Below are positions 1 through 8,961 of a stretch of DNA of 58,382 bases, one piece after another. Below the pieces are notes generated by a model that ran no database searches, was not told where the DNA came from, and saw only the letters and a program-made list of their open reading frames with translations. A program made the position numbers and the translations under genes. The DNA is from a virus (taxonomy: Duplodnaviria; Caudoviricetes): positions 1-58,382 of IMG/VR virus record IMGVR_UViG_3300048694_000413. One strand, 5' to 3'. Position 1 is the first letter of the stretch, and every line of letters begins with the position of its first letter.

Positions 1-1460
1 TGCTTCTTTGCAACAGAAAGTAATTCAGTATTGATTCCATGAGCCTTAAGTTGCTGCATCATATCATGAGAATTCCAGCGGTCAAAGGTGACCATCTTTA
101 ACCTAAACCCACGGTTACGAAGTTCGATAATAAAATCTTTAACCTCTGTGAAATCTACAGATTTTGTAGAAGTAGGAGTCCAATATCTAATTGCATCAAC
201 AACAACATTGGGGGCTGCCTGTGTCATAGTCCCGCCAATTTTCATGCTTACCCAGGAATCAATATGTGCTAAAGCAACAGCACAATGGTCATGTTTCTGG
301 GCAAGGTCGACATGCACAAAATATTCAACATCCTCTTGTGGCTGAAACCATTCTGAGAACCTACCATCTTGAGAAATACCAAACTGATTTTGATTGAAAG
401 CCTTTTCAATCTTTTCACGGGATTTGAAGAAAGCATCTGTAGCCTCTGGTGGCATACAGGCAAAGCGTGACAGTGCATCTAATTGGTCTGTATAGAAGTC
501 AACTGTAAAATCTTCGATCTTTCTAGTTGGATTAATCTCCCATGTAGGACGCTTTAAGGCAAATACTTTTGGAACGGTATAAGACTTAATATGGTCTTCT
601 TCCCATTCAATTGTAAATTCATTTCCCTCTGTCCCGTCTGGAAGTTCAGGGTCAACTTTAAAAGTGTGCTCTCTGATAATTACTTCTCTATCTGCAACTA
701 ACTTATCATATGCTTGCTGAATATAGTCATTCTTAAAACGAGGGAATGAAAGTAGAATTAGTTTACCTACATCTGGAAAGCGGGAGTTAACTGATGCTCT
801 ATACATCTTATAGATTGCTCCTGCAGTTTTTGCTTGGTCATTACCTGATGTTGATTCAAGTTCAAAACCTGAAATCTCGTCAAGGATAACCATGATAACA
901 TTGTATCCCTCAAAAGCCTCTCGCTCAGAGTGACCTGAGTGAACTGTAATAGCCTTATCAAACTCAAAACTAGAAACCTTTGGGATATACTTTCCCTGGA
1001 ACCACGGGGACTTTGAAATACGGGTAGCAAATCCCTTAAAGAAAACTCGCTTAGCCTGTTCTGCGTTAATAGCCACATTGATAATGTCAATAGCATCGCC
1101 TGGGGGCTTACCAAAATATTTTGCTGGATCCTTTAGGCATAGAAGTAAGTGTACGATATACGCACAAGCAATTGTTGATGTGTAGTCCTTTCCAGAACCT
1201 TTACCTAATTGAAGCACAACTTCATTACAGGTCTGCTTAAATCTTTTTGTCCCCTCGTCCTCTCCATATAACTGAACAAGGGTTTCTTTTCTGTATACCT
1301 GTGTCATGGCTTTAATCATAGTGTACTGATATTCAGATAAAGGAGGCAACCCAAGATAATGTTCATCAGTTACAAACTGTTCGATTGTCACGGGCTTTTC
1401 TTCGAATAGGTCACCAGCAAGGGCATCCATAAATTCGGAGAAATCAAAATTAGTCGACAT
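1..1460 (-). CDS. terL: Terminase large subunit (3' end runs off the window)
   Basis: Not in the ORF track. Manual translation from ATG 1460 gives MSTNFDFSEFMDALAGDLFEEKPVTIEQFV...NEVVLQLGKGSGKDYTST (Walker A), later a Walker B-like VILDEISGF, and C-terminal HVDLAQKHD (RNase H-like nuclease Asp). Confidence 0.92.
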   Translation of the reverse strand, partial: MSTNFDFSEFMDALAGDLFEEKPVTIEQFVTDEHYLGLPPLSEYQYTMIKAMTQVYRKETLVQLYGEDEGTKRFKQTCNEVVLQLGKGSGKDYTSTIACAYIVHLLLCLKDPAKYFGKPPGDAIDIINVAINAEQAKRVFFKGFATRISKSPWFQGKYIPKVSSFEFDKAITVHSGHSEREAFEGYNVIMVILDEISGFELESTSGNDQAKTAGAIYKMYRASVNSRFPDVGKLILLSFPRFKNDYIQQAYDKLVADREVIIREHTFKVDPELPDGTEGNEFTIEWEEDHIKSYTVPKVFALKRPTWEINPTRKIEDFTVDFYTDQLDALSRFACMPPEATDAFFKSREKIEKAFNQNQFGISQDGRFSEWFQPQEDVEYFVHVDLAQKHDHCAVALAHIDSWVSMKIGGTMTQAAPNVVVDAIRYWTPTSTKSVDFTEVKDFIIELRNRGFRLKMVTFDRWNSHDMMQQLKAHGINTELLSVAKK

Positions 1461-1971
1461 CAACAGCCTCTAGTCTTCCAGTTACCTGTGAAAGACGCTT
1501 TGCTACTTCAAATTTACAATGGTCACAATCGCTGGTAACTTCTTTAAGAATACCTACAAGCACTTCCTGCTTACGCTCGTTCTCCATAAGTTGATCTGCC
1601 AACTCGTTATCTTCTAGCAATCCAGCCTTCTGAAGCATATCGATTCTTTTGGCTTCAACATCGGTAATTAGTTTGAGTGCCTGTGCCTTTGTTCTAAGTT
1701 CTGATGCTGCATCTGCTTGCTCAACGGTTTCCCAAGCACGATTAATAATCATAGCATAGTGCTGGTCTGCACCCGCTAGTGCTTCCTTAGCCCTCTCACG
1801 AACATGATTATCACTTTTGATAAGTGACTTCCATTCGTCAAGGAGTTCTAGGACTTCTGCTCTCTTCATTCCAAGAGCCTTAGAAATCTGTGATGGGTTA
1901 CCACCCTTAAGGAGTTCTTCGACAACCTTATTCATGTTGTCGAATCGCTCAAATACTTCAATCTGTGACAT
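1450..1971 (-). CDS. Probable terminase small subunit (N-terminal HTH, coiled coil)
   Basis: HTH-like GNPSQISKALGMKRAEVLELL, helical body, CxxC near the C-terminus; directly upstream of terL. Start placed at ATG 1971 (MSQIEVF) rather than 2010. Confidence 0.6.
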   Translation of the reverse strand: MSQIEVFERFDNMNKVVEELLKGGNPSQISKALGMKRAEVLELLDEWKSLIKSDNHVRERAKEALAGADQHYAMIINRAWETVEQADAASELRTKAQALKLITDVEAKRIDMLQKAGLLEDNELADQLMENERKQEVLVGILKEVTSDCDHCKFEVAKRLSQVTGRLEAVDVD

Positions 1972-2263
1972 CGTGCTTCTCTCTCCTGCTTCTCTTAGGG
2001 CGCAGGACACCCTTTAAATCATGTAGATAGAACGAACAATAGCGTCCTGTTCCGACTTCCATGCAGTCAATCCACTGAACATTCTTTTCTTTATTGTGAA
2101 CCCACTTATGGAACTTATAAACCCCTCGTTGATTCTTAAACTTAAGACTCTCTCCTGGCTTAATAATATCTTTCTTAAAAACAAGTTCGTAGTAACAAAA
2201 GATATTTGGGTTAATATATTCGTTAGTACCGTCGTAAACAATTTCGGTCTTTTTCTTAGCCAT
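1958..2263 (-). CDS. Hypothetical phage protein (101 aa)
   Basis: Tightly coupled ORF in the operon; no recognisable motif. Confidence 0.6.
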   Translation of the reverse strand: MAKKKTEIVYDGTNEYINPNIFCYYELVFKKDIIKPGESLKFKNQRGVYKFHKWVHNKEKNVQWIDCMEVGTGRYCSFYLHDLKGVLRPKRSRREKHDVTD

Positions 2264-2445
2264 TATTTACTACCTCTGCTATCTGTTCTGTAGAAACCGT
2301 TACCTTTAAATTGAACTCCGATTGGAGAAAAAACTCTGTTTAATTCACCCCCGCAATCGCAAAGTTCTGGATGCGGTTCGGAAATAGGCTTTTCAATCTC
2401 AAAGTGTTGTTCGCATTGCTTACACACAAATTCATACTTTGGCAT
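2263..2445 (-). CDS. FmdB-family zinc-ribbon regulatory protein
   Basis: MPKYEFVCKQC...CDCGGELNRVFSPIGVQFKGNGFYRTD matches the FmdB signature MPxYEYxC...FKGSGFYxTD. Confidence 0.88.
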   Translation of the reverse strand: MPKYEFVCKQCEQHFEIEKPISEPHPELCDCGGELNRVFSPIGVQFKGNGFYRTDSRGSK

Positions 2446-2478
2446 TTATTCCCTTTCCAAGTATCTATTATACCATTA

Positions 2479-2703
2479 TTACTTACTATTTTCCAGACGG
2501 TTAATCTCGTCTGTGATGTAGAAGATAGCCTTCTTCAAATCTTCGATGTGCTTATCTTCATTCTTGAGTCCCGCTCGCCAAAGGTACTTAATGGCATTGC
2601 CAATATTGTAGTTACGGTGGCGCACAATTTCAATGCACTCCACTCCTGATGGGTCACTTGTATAGTGGGCGGGATGATTTACCATGTCATTAGTTTTTGC
2701 CAT
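2479..2703 (-). CDS. DUF3310 (SaV/T7 gp1.7-like) protein
   Basis: DMVNHPAHY...IECIE...GNAIKYLWRAGLK...EDLKKAIFY signature. Confidence 0.88.
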   Translation of the reverse strand: MAKTNDMVNHPAHYTSDPSGVECIEIVRHRNYNIGNAIKYLWRAGLKNEDKHIEDLKKAIFYITDEINRLENSK

Positions 2704-3733
2704 GTGGCTTGCTCTCTCCTAAACTTGAATGAGTCACCTTAATGTACTCTGCTTCTTCCTGTAGTTCTTTGATGCTTGATGCACCTGAATATGACAGGGC
2801 GGAACGAATTCCACCAGTAAACTCATGTAGCATATCCACTAAATGTCCCTTATAAGGAATATTTGTGGCTACACCTTCAACTACTGATACGGAACCACGA
2901 CCCTCATATTGAGCCTCTCGTGATGCCATACCTCTAAACTCTTTATATTGAGATCCATCTTCATTATACTTAATCTCACCTGGAGCCTCAAATGTTCCAG
3001 CCAATAATGAACCTACCATCACAGCATGAGCACCAGCAGCCAGAGCCTTTGCAGCATCTCCTGAATTTCTAATTCCACCATCTGCAACAATTGATGTGTC
3101 GGGGAACTTCATAGAACTGTTTACAATGTCCATGACTGAGGCTAATGTGGGCATTCCATGTCCTGTGACAATTCTTGTCGTACACATGCTTCCACCACCA
3201 ATTCCGACTCTTACAGAATTTGCACCTGCCACAGCAAGTCTGGCAAATCCTTCAGCAGTTGACACATTTCCTGCCATGATATGAACATTCTTTCCAAATG
3301 CTTGTCGCAAATTTTTGACAGCATCTACAGCATATTTACTATGTCCATTTGCTGTATCGATAAGAAACATTCTTGCCCCACTATCATACAATGCTCCAGC
3401 ACGCAACATATAATCGCCAGTTGCTCCAATAGCATATCCAGCAAATGCATTATATGCCTTGAGCATTCGTGCCTGAAATGTCTGTTCCTCAATTGTATTA
3501 TATCTGTGGATAATTCCAAGACCGCCCTGTGCTCTCAAAGCCAGAGCCATTTCCCACTCACAGACGGTATCCATAGGTGCTGCAATGACTGGAATCTTCA
3601 GTCCAATTGCAGTATCTCCCCGTCCAATTGTTGTGGCTAGGGATACCTGGCTGCGAGACTCAATATTTGAGTGTTGGGGTACGAGCAGAATATCATCAAA
3701 GCACATCTGTACACTATTCTTATATTCCTTCAT
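2690..3733 (-). CDS. guaB: IMPDH/GMP reductase family oxidoreductase without CBS domains
   Basis: FDDILLVP, APMDTV, GGLGIIHR, GIGGGSMCTTR (catalytic Cys), ADGGIRNSGD, GMAS motifs. Confidence 0.9.
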   Translation of the reverse strand: MKEYKNSVQMCFDDILLVPQHSNIESRSQVSLATTIGRGDTAIGLKIPVIAAPMDTVCEWEMALALRAQGGLGIIHRYNTIEEQTFQARMLKAYNAFAGYAIGATGDYMLRAGALYDSGARMFLIDTANGHSKYAVDAVKNLRQAFGKNVHIMAGNVSTAEGFARLAVAGANSVRVGIGGGSMCTTRIVTGHGMPTLASVMDIVNSSMKFPDTSIVADGGIRNSGDAAKALAAGAHAVMVGSLLAGTFEAPGEIKYNEDGSQYKEFRGMASREAQYEGRGSVSVVEGVATNIPYKGHLVDMLHEFTGGIRSALSYSGASSIKELQEEAEYIKVTHSSLGESKPHGKN

Positions 3734-4248
3734 TAAATATCTCCAAACTTAGCAAGGAAGGTTCCTGTCTGGGGGAACAATTCATATTCTACAATATTTG
3801 AGAATGCTGCCAAGACCTGCTCCTCGTCCCAATCTTCTTTTACATGTACCTCGTAAGGATTACCATTAATAGCATCTTGATGCCAATGTACAATTGGTAC
3901 TGAAATAATTGCATATCGTGCCTGTTGTGCAACCCGTCCCCAAAGTTCTACTGCATCTTCCTGTGACATATGCTCAAGAATATCCCCAAAGATGACTAGA
4001 TCTGCCTCAAGGGATTCGACCTCACGAACATCCATATTAATTACTTCATCATATCTAGATGTTAAATTAAATTGATCTATATATGGCTTCCATGCCTCAA
4101 TAGCGATAAGTTTTGCATCTGGTGCAACACGGCGAACAATATCGCCATAGATTCCAGCACCAGCACCCACATCAATAACTGTTTTGGGTTTTAGCCATGA
4201 AATTAATTCTTCCGCATATGGCTTATTCGTTGGGTCAGATACTCCCAT
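3733..4248 (-). CDS. Class I SAM-dependent methyltransferase
   Basis: VIDVGAGAG motif I; DLVIFGDILEHM. Confidence 0.85.
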   Translation of the reverse strand: MGVSDPTNKPYAEELISWLKPKTVIDVGAGAGIYGDIVRRVAPDAKLIAIEAWKPYIDQFNLTSRYDEVINMDVREVESLEADLVIFGDILEHMSQEDAVELWGRVAQQARYAIISVPIVHWHQDAINGNPYEVHVKEDWDEEQVLAAFSNIVEYELFPQTGTFLAKFGDI

Positions 4249-4927
4249 TAATTTTAATCCTCGTTTCTACATCTTGAATTGTTGTATGCAATTCAGCAAG
4301 TCTTGTGTACTTATTGGCTGTTGGCTTTACAGTATAAGTATTAAATCTTTTTACATTTTTATTAAATACAAAGTAGTCTACTGGTTCTTGGAGACCATTA
4401 TTCTTTATCTCTTCTAATGCTTTTTCCGCACCCTGCCGACTAACTGCATAACATGCTAGTGACCAATCCTGATAAGACCTGCAAATATTTTCATCTTGTA
4501 TATCATGGACTACATTAAAGTTTTCAAACATATTATGATTAACATATGGACTAAAAAAATCCCAATCATCTGGAACAGAATCTAAATAGTTTTTTATGCC
4601 AATAGGACCGTTTTGGTCAAGAAAGCAGTCGTCTTCAAATAGGATTACACAATCATAATTTGATTGTAGGAGGTGCTTCCATGCGTTATAATTACTTGCC
4701 CATACCCCCAGCCAACCAATTTTCATTTCACCGTTTGACCTAAAGTATTTATTCTCTTCTAAAAAGTTTTTATAATTATCTTCATTTTCCATAAAGTTTA
4801 TTGTGCCAGAATTTAATCTTTCATAATGTGCAGACATTAAATCATTAACCTGTAAGGCAATTCCCTCACGCTCACCCTTGGCACTATCAAGGTGGAAAAC
4901 TTCATAAGAAATATTCACTTTGTCCAC
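4235..4927 (-). CDS. Glycosyltransferase, family 25-like
   Basis: GWLGVWASNYNAWK, VILFEDD, CYAVSRQGAEKAL, PVD: GT25 motifs. Confidence 0.82.
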   Translation of the reverse strand: MDKVNISYEVFHLDSAKGEREGIALQVNDLMSAHYERLNSGTINFMENEDNYKNFLEENKYFRSNGEMKIGWLGVWASNYNAWKHLLQSNYDCVILFEDDCFLDQNGPIGIKNYLDSVPDDWDFFSPYVNHNMFENFNVVHDIQDENICRSYQDWSLACYAVSRQGAEKALEEIKNNGLQEPVDYFVFNKNVKRFNTYTVKPTANKYTRLAELHTTIQDVETRIKINGSI

Positions 4928-5076
4928 TTTCTTTGATTTTTAATCATACCATATTTTTCAAGTGCTCGCTGAATAGTCATATGACTACACTTAGCCTCTT
5001 CCGCCATTTCAACAATTGTTTTCTTTTCTATGACATAGCGTTTAGTTAGCCATGCCTTACTTTCATACAATTTCAT
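4915..5076 (-). CDS. Small HTH DNA-binding protein (53 aa)
   Basis: LYESKAWLTKRY...KTIVEMAEEAKCSHMTIQRAL; ATG 5076 overlaps the upstream stop (TAATG). Confidence 0.7.
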   Translation of the reverse strand: MKLYESKAWLTKRYVIEKKTIVEMAEEAKCSHMTIQRALEKYGMIKNQRKWTK

Positions 5077-5636
5077 TATCGCACCAAATTCTTTACAGCA
5101 TACCAAGCAACACCTGCAGCATCAGCAACATTATCGCTACTTGTTTTTACTCCAAGTTCCGCCATAAAATCCATAGTTTTCTGCTTTCGCTGTTCTCTGA
5201 TAGTTGACTTAATCCAATTATCAGACTTTCCTGGATTTTCTTTCTTAATCTGAGCCTTCTGAGCAGTAGTATAATTCTTATTTCCAATAAAAGATTGCCA
5301 AGTAATGGGATGAACCTCTACGACCTTAGCACCATTTTCTAGAAGTTCTCCCATAATTGTACCAAATGCATAAGCCATTTTCAAGCCCGTCTGTGCAGAT
5401 CGAACCATTACTGCCGCTTCAATAGCAATAAAATCACAATTAAATCTTTCTTTCAATGCTCTAACTTTACGCTTGGCATCTAAAATTCTATCATAAATAT
5501 CTCCACCAGTAAAAAATATTTCTCCATATTCAACTGGCTTATCACCGTCAAAAATACAATAAGCCATGCTATTAGTACTGGCATCAATGCCCATTATTTT
5601 TTTAGCATCAGTCTTTAATAGTTTAGCGATTGACAA
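5076..5636 (-). CDS. ruvC: RuvC-like Holliday junction resolvase
   Basis: IMGIDASTNS, IAIE, NVADAAGVA catalytic acidic residues; probable TTG start at 5636 (track start 5708). Confidence 0.85.
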   Translation of the reverse strand: MSIAKLLKTDAKKIMGIDASTNSMAYCIFDGDKPVEYGEIFFTGGDIYDRILDAKRKVRALKERFNCDFIAIEAAVMVRSAQTGLKMAYAFGTIMGELLENGAKVVEVHPITWQSFIGNKNYTTAQKAQIKKENPGKSDNWIKSTIREQRKQKTMDFMAELGVKTSSDNVADAAGVAWYAVKNLVR

Positions 5637-5910
5637 TTCCCAAATCCTTAAAGATACTATTCCTAATTTTTGCTTCAGCCTTTGCTTCACATTTAGAACA
5701 CATATCATTTTCGTTATATCTACTTAATGGTGTTTTACATCCAGATGTCTTGCAGATTCTAGATTTACCTGCTAGACGAGCCTTCTTATCATAATACTTT
5801 TGCTTAATTTTAATATTAGTAGCAATTCGGCAGCATTCATCAGAACAATATTTCTGATTATGAGTGCGTGGCTCAAATTTATTATCACATTCATCATATG
5901 CACAAATCAC
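5623..5910 (-). CDS. Cys-rich zinc-binding hypothetical protein
   Basis: CxxxxC...QKYCSDEC...CxxxxC...CxxC pattern. Confidence 0.65.
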   Translation of the reverse strand: MICAYDECDNKFEPRTHNQKYCSDECCRIATNIKIKQKYYDKKARLAGKSRICKTSGCKTPLSRYNENDMCSKCEAKAEAKIRNSIFKDLGIVNR

Positions 5911-6680
5911 TTGGGAGCCACCATCGCTTCGATTGTTACTACACCTTCATCCATTTCTTTCCAGCACTGCTTCTTTACTGGACAGTTTTTACATGCCCAT
6001 TGCGTTTTGGTAAAAGATCTGGTAGGTAATGTATCTTCCTCATAAGCCTTATATACTTCACGCATCCAGTCGAACACATCATCAATAATTTTCTTATGAC
6101 GAGCATTCATATTGACTGGAATAATACAGATTTCCTGGGTATTCTTATTTTCATACATAAGGAAACCTTCATCTACATTTTCTATCTTCATATATGTAAG
6201 AATCTGTAGCAGATGATTACCATTAGCGGTCATAGATGCTTGCTTAAGTAAAAACTTTTCTTCATTGGCAGTTTTAATTTCACCAATAACTTCCTTACCT
6301 TCCCAATCAAGAACAAGGTCGGCAAAGCCCCGAATAGGTGGGTCTTCAGAAAGAATCTCTCTTTCCTTTTCTTTTAAAACTCCAGTCTTTTCGATAATTG
6401 TCTCAAGGCGTGTGTGTGCGTATGTACCATTAAGCATGTTTGCAATTGCCATAGCATCATTATTATCCTCAAAGTCTGCGCCATTAAAAGCAATAAACCA
6501 GTATCTTGGACAATTACCATGACCATATCCAACAGTTGAGGGGCTGAATGTTTTCTTTAGCGTACCTGTTCCATCACGCTTTGTAGATTCATATGCAGTC
6601 TCAACCATTCCCGCAAATTTATTATAATCAAATCCATCAAACTTCTTAAACTTAAGTTGACTTACAATTGTTCTTCCCAC
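5907..6680 (-). CDS. Cas4-like PD-(D/E)XK exonuclease
   Basis: N-terminal CPR, GFADL...EIKT, QILTY and C-terminal CKNCPVKKQC (four-Cys Fe-S staple). Confidence 0.85.
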   Translation of the reverse strand: MGRTIVSQLKFKKFDGFDYNKFAGMVETAYESTKRDGTGTLKKTFSPSTVGYGHGNCPRYWFIAFNGADFEDNNDAMAIANMLNGTYAHTRLETIIEKTGVLKEKEREILSEDPPIRGFADLVLDWEGKEVIGEIKTANEEKFLLKQASMTANGNHLLQILTYMKIENVDEGFLMYENKNTQEICIIPVNMNARHKKIIDDVFDWMREVYKAYEEDTLPTRSFTKTQWACKNCPVKKQCWKEMDEGVVTIEAMVAPK

Positions 6681-7003
6681 TATGCTCCAAACCTCGCTCC
6701 ATATTTAAGTGCATCAACCAACTTGTCTATGGCTGCATTTGCAGAGTAATATACATTCTTTTTCTTAGATGCCTCTGTGCCTTTTTCAAATGTTGTATAG
6801 TATCTTGACATCATGGCAAATTTTGCACTTAACGCCTGTAACTTAATAATCAATTCTGGAGTCTTTGCTGCAGGAACATCTGGCTTCATAATCAACTTTA
6901 CTATAAGGTCAAGTGCTAGGTCAAGGTCTTCATCCTGCATGAATTCTGAGATAGAGTTTATCTCACTAACTTCACTAACACTCTCTAAGATTGTTTCTGC
7001 CAT
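6680..7003 (-). CDS. Hypothetical helical protein
   Basis: Coupled ORF in the recombination operon; start placed at ATG 7003 (MAETILE). Confidence 0.6.
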   Translation of the reverse strand: MAETILESVSEVSEINSISEFMQDEDLDLALDLIVKLIMKPDVPAAKTPELIIKLQALSAKFAMMSRYYTTFEKGTEASKKKNVYYSANAAIDKLVDALKYGARFGA

Positions 7004-7290
7004 GCTTCCACCAATTCTTCTAGTAATGCCCACTCAATTACGGCTAGGCGGGTCTTGCTATTATCTTTTCCCAATATCAATTTAAGTACTGGATACTTAT
7101 TCCTATCCACCTTAAAAGTGTCCGTACACACTTTTGCCCAAATGTCTGGGGTGATGGAGATAGACTTTTCATATTCTTTGTAATCAACCACAAACCCATT
7201 CCAAGTGGAATCACCTTTTTGATATTGACCACGACCACTGTTTTTCTGTAACTTTGCTCCGTCACGCTTTGCTTCACTTCTTTCTGACAC
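6985..7290 (-). CDS. Small PD-(D/E)XK endonuclease / Holliday junction resolvase-like
   Basis: SE..EAK..G....NSGRG...KGD...VVDYKE pattern typical of phage Hjc-like nucleases. Confidence 0.65.
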   Translation of the reverse strand: MSERSEAKRDGAKLQKNSGRGQYQKGDSTWNGFVVDYKEYEKSISITPDIWAKVCTDTFKVDRNKYPVLKLILGKDNSKTRLAVIEWALLEELVEAWQKQS

Positions 7291-7478
7291 TATAATGTCA
7301 CCTGAGATCTATGTCCCTCTGTACAATACCAGATAAGAATTCCTTCTTCTTCATTAAAATATGCCTTGTTTACATTCTCAAGACATTCTTGACAAGAGTA
7401 TCCACCGTCCACTTCTTGCAACAACTCCTCTTCCTTACGCTTTCCTTTACCAAGGAAGTCCTCTAGACTACTTGGCAT
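7290..7478 (-). CDS. Small zinc-finger protein
   Basis: CQEC...WYCTEGH. Confidence 0.6.
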   Translation of the reverse strand: MPSSLEDFLGKGKRKEEELLQEVDGGYSCQECLENVNKAYFNEEEGILIWYCTEGHRSQVTL

Positions 7479-8469
7479 AAATTTTTTCCTTTAGTTTTTC
7501 AACTACATCTAGATTCTCTCTAAGATAATCTACAGCCTTTGCACGACCCTGAAAACGCTCTTCTTCGATTGTATACCATGAACCACCACGCTGTACAATA
7601 CCCATCATTTCAGCGACATCTAGTACTTCTGCTACTGTGTCCACCCCTGGCTGCTCGCTCTGATAGTAAAAATCGTATTGTCCAGAGAGATTGGGTGGTC
7701 CGAGTTTGTTATAATCAATAATCCAGTTAACTGGTCGTCCGACTTTCTGTTCAATAAGTTTGTCGCCCACCTTAACATTAGCCTTGATAGCATTAGCCTC
7801 AGCCTCGCTAGACCAGAGTTTGACGATGGTAGAAGAGAAGAACTTAACTGCCATGCCACCTGTTGGGATGTGACTGGCGTGCATTGACCCGAACTGATTA
7901 CGCTGCTGTGAGATGAGTACCAAGAGAGTGTTCTTATTGGCATAATTAAGCATTTTGACTGCATGTGTCATATCCTTTGCTTCTGCACCAATTTGCTTGG
8001 TGTCTTGTAGATGCTTTAATTCCTCGCCGTCTTTCTCAAAATAGATAGCGGGTAATAGTGCTGAGATAGAATCAACAACAATGATATCTACCCCTGCTTC
8101 CATGAGTTGAACAGCAACATCAACCATGTCATTAATTGTTTTTGCTGGAGAATAGATAAGTTCAGAAGAATTTACTCCCAACTTCTCTGCCCATGAAGCA
8201 CTATATGATGCTTCAGAATCAATCCAGGCACAGGTCTTTCCATCCTTCTGTGCTGCAGCAATCATTTGTAAACAGAATGATGACTTACCTGCTGATTTGT
8301 TTCCCCAGATAAGAATCTGGCGACCATAACCTAAACCGCCATTAAGAGCGAGGTTTAGTCCGATGCTGGGGGTTTGCTGTTTTTGAGCGTCCACCTCTTG
8401 TGCTAGTTGTACCCTTGCTCTGGTTTTTGGATCCAGTTTTGCCAGAATCTCTTCTGCTACCATTGTCAT
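7468..8469 (-). CDS. recA: RecA/UvsX-like recombinase
   Basis: GNKSAGKSS Walker A, WIDSE, IVVDSISAL, PTGGMAVKFFSS, GSWY...QGR. Confidence 0.93.
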   Translation of the reverse strand: MTMVAEEILAKLDPKTRARVQLAQEVDAQKQQTPSIGLNLALNGGLGYGRQILIWGNKSAGKSSFCLQMIAAAQKDGKTCAWIDSEASYSASWAEKLGVNSSELIYSPAKTINDMVDVAVQLMEAGVDIIVVDSISALLPAIYFEKDGEELKHLQDTKQIGAEAKDMTHAVKMLNYANKNTLLVLISQQRNQFGSMHASHIPTGGMAVKFFSSTIVKLWSSEAEANAIKANVKVGDKLIEQKVGRPVNWIIDYNKLGPPNLSGQYDFYYQSEQPGVDTVAEVLDVAEMMGIVQRGGSWYTIEEERFQGRAKAVDYLRENLDVVEKLKEKIYAK

Positions 8470-8623
8470 ATAAACTCTTTTCTAATTCCCAAGCAAGTTC
8501 TTTAATTTGCTTTCTTCGACTTGCATTTATTCTTCCTATAAGATGAAGTATTTCTTCCTCATCTCTACTTCTTATTACAAGGAGGATTTCTCCATCCGTC
8601 CCGTGTAGAACATATCCATCCAT
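8342..8623 (-). CDS. Hypothetical protein; C-terminal tail overlaps recA
   Basis: TAATG coupling to mazG; fills the gap to recA; overlaps recA by 128 nt. Confidence 0.55.
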   Translation of the reverse strand: MDGYVLHGTDGEILLVIRSRDEEEILHLIGRINASRRKQIKELAWELEKSLYDNGSRRDSGKTGSKNQSKGTTSTRGGRSKTANPQHRTKPRS

Positions 8624-8961
8624 TATCCAGCAACGCCGTGGAGTCGTGGGCGGCTAGTATTAAACTTTGCCTTATCCTTTAGTGTTTGGTCAAGGGAGTC
8701 CTGAACATCACCATTAATACGCATTCCTGCATATAGGTCAAACACACGAATAAGGATATCTGCTAATTCTTCAACAACCTTATCCTGCCCTTTGTCCTTA
8801 CGCAATGCTTCCAAAACCTCAGTTACTTCTGAGTGAATCATTGCTAACTGCTTTGAATAAAATACAAAGCGGTCATCCTTATGCATTCTATGGAATGGAT
8901 CCCAGAAACCCTTCTCTAGGGCTGTCTCATGCAGATTCTTCGATAGTTTGTCCAGATTCAT
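8623..8961 (-). CDS. mazG: MazG-like nucleotide pyrophosphohydrolase
   Basis: MIHSEVTEVLEALRK...EELADILIRVFD. Confidence 0.85.
   Translation of the reverse strand: MNLDKLSKNLHETALEKGFWDPFHRMHKDDRFVFYSKQLAMIHSEVTEVLEALRKDKGQDKVVEELADILIRVFDLYAGMRINGDVQDSLDQTLKDKAKFNTSRPRLHGVAG

Noticed and set aside
269-1114. Track ORFs 269-478 and 767-1114 on the minus strand
   Set aside because: Out-of-frame fragments inside the terminase large subunit reading frame.
3733-4248. Methyltransferase as a DNA methylase for anti-restriction
   Set aside because: Only 171 aa, with no DPPY/NPPY or PC catalytic motif and no target recognition domain; it resembles small-molecule or sugar methyltransferases.
5907-6680. 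Cas4-like gene as evidence of a CRISPR-Cas system
   Set aside because: No repeat-spacer array and no cas1/cas2 or effector genes seen; solo Cas4-like nucleases are common in phage recombination modules.
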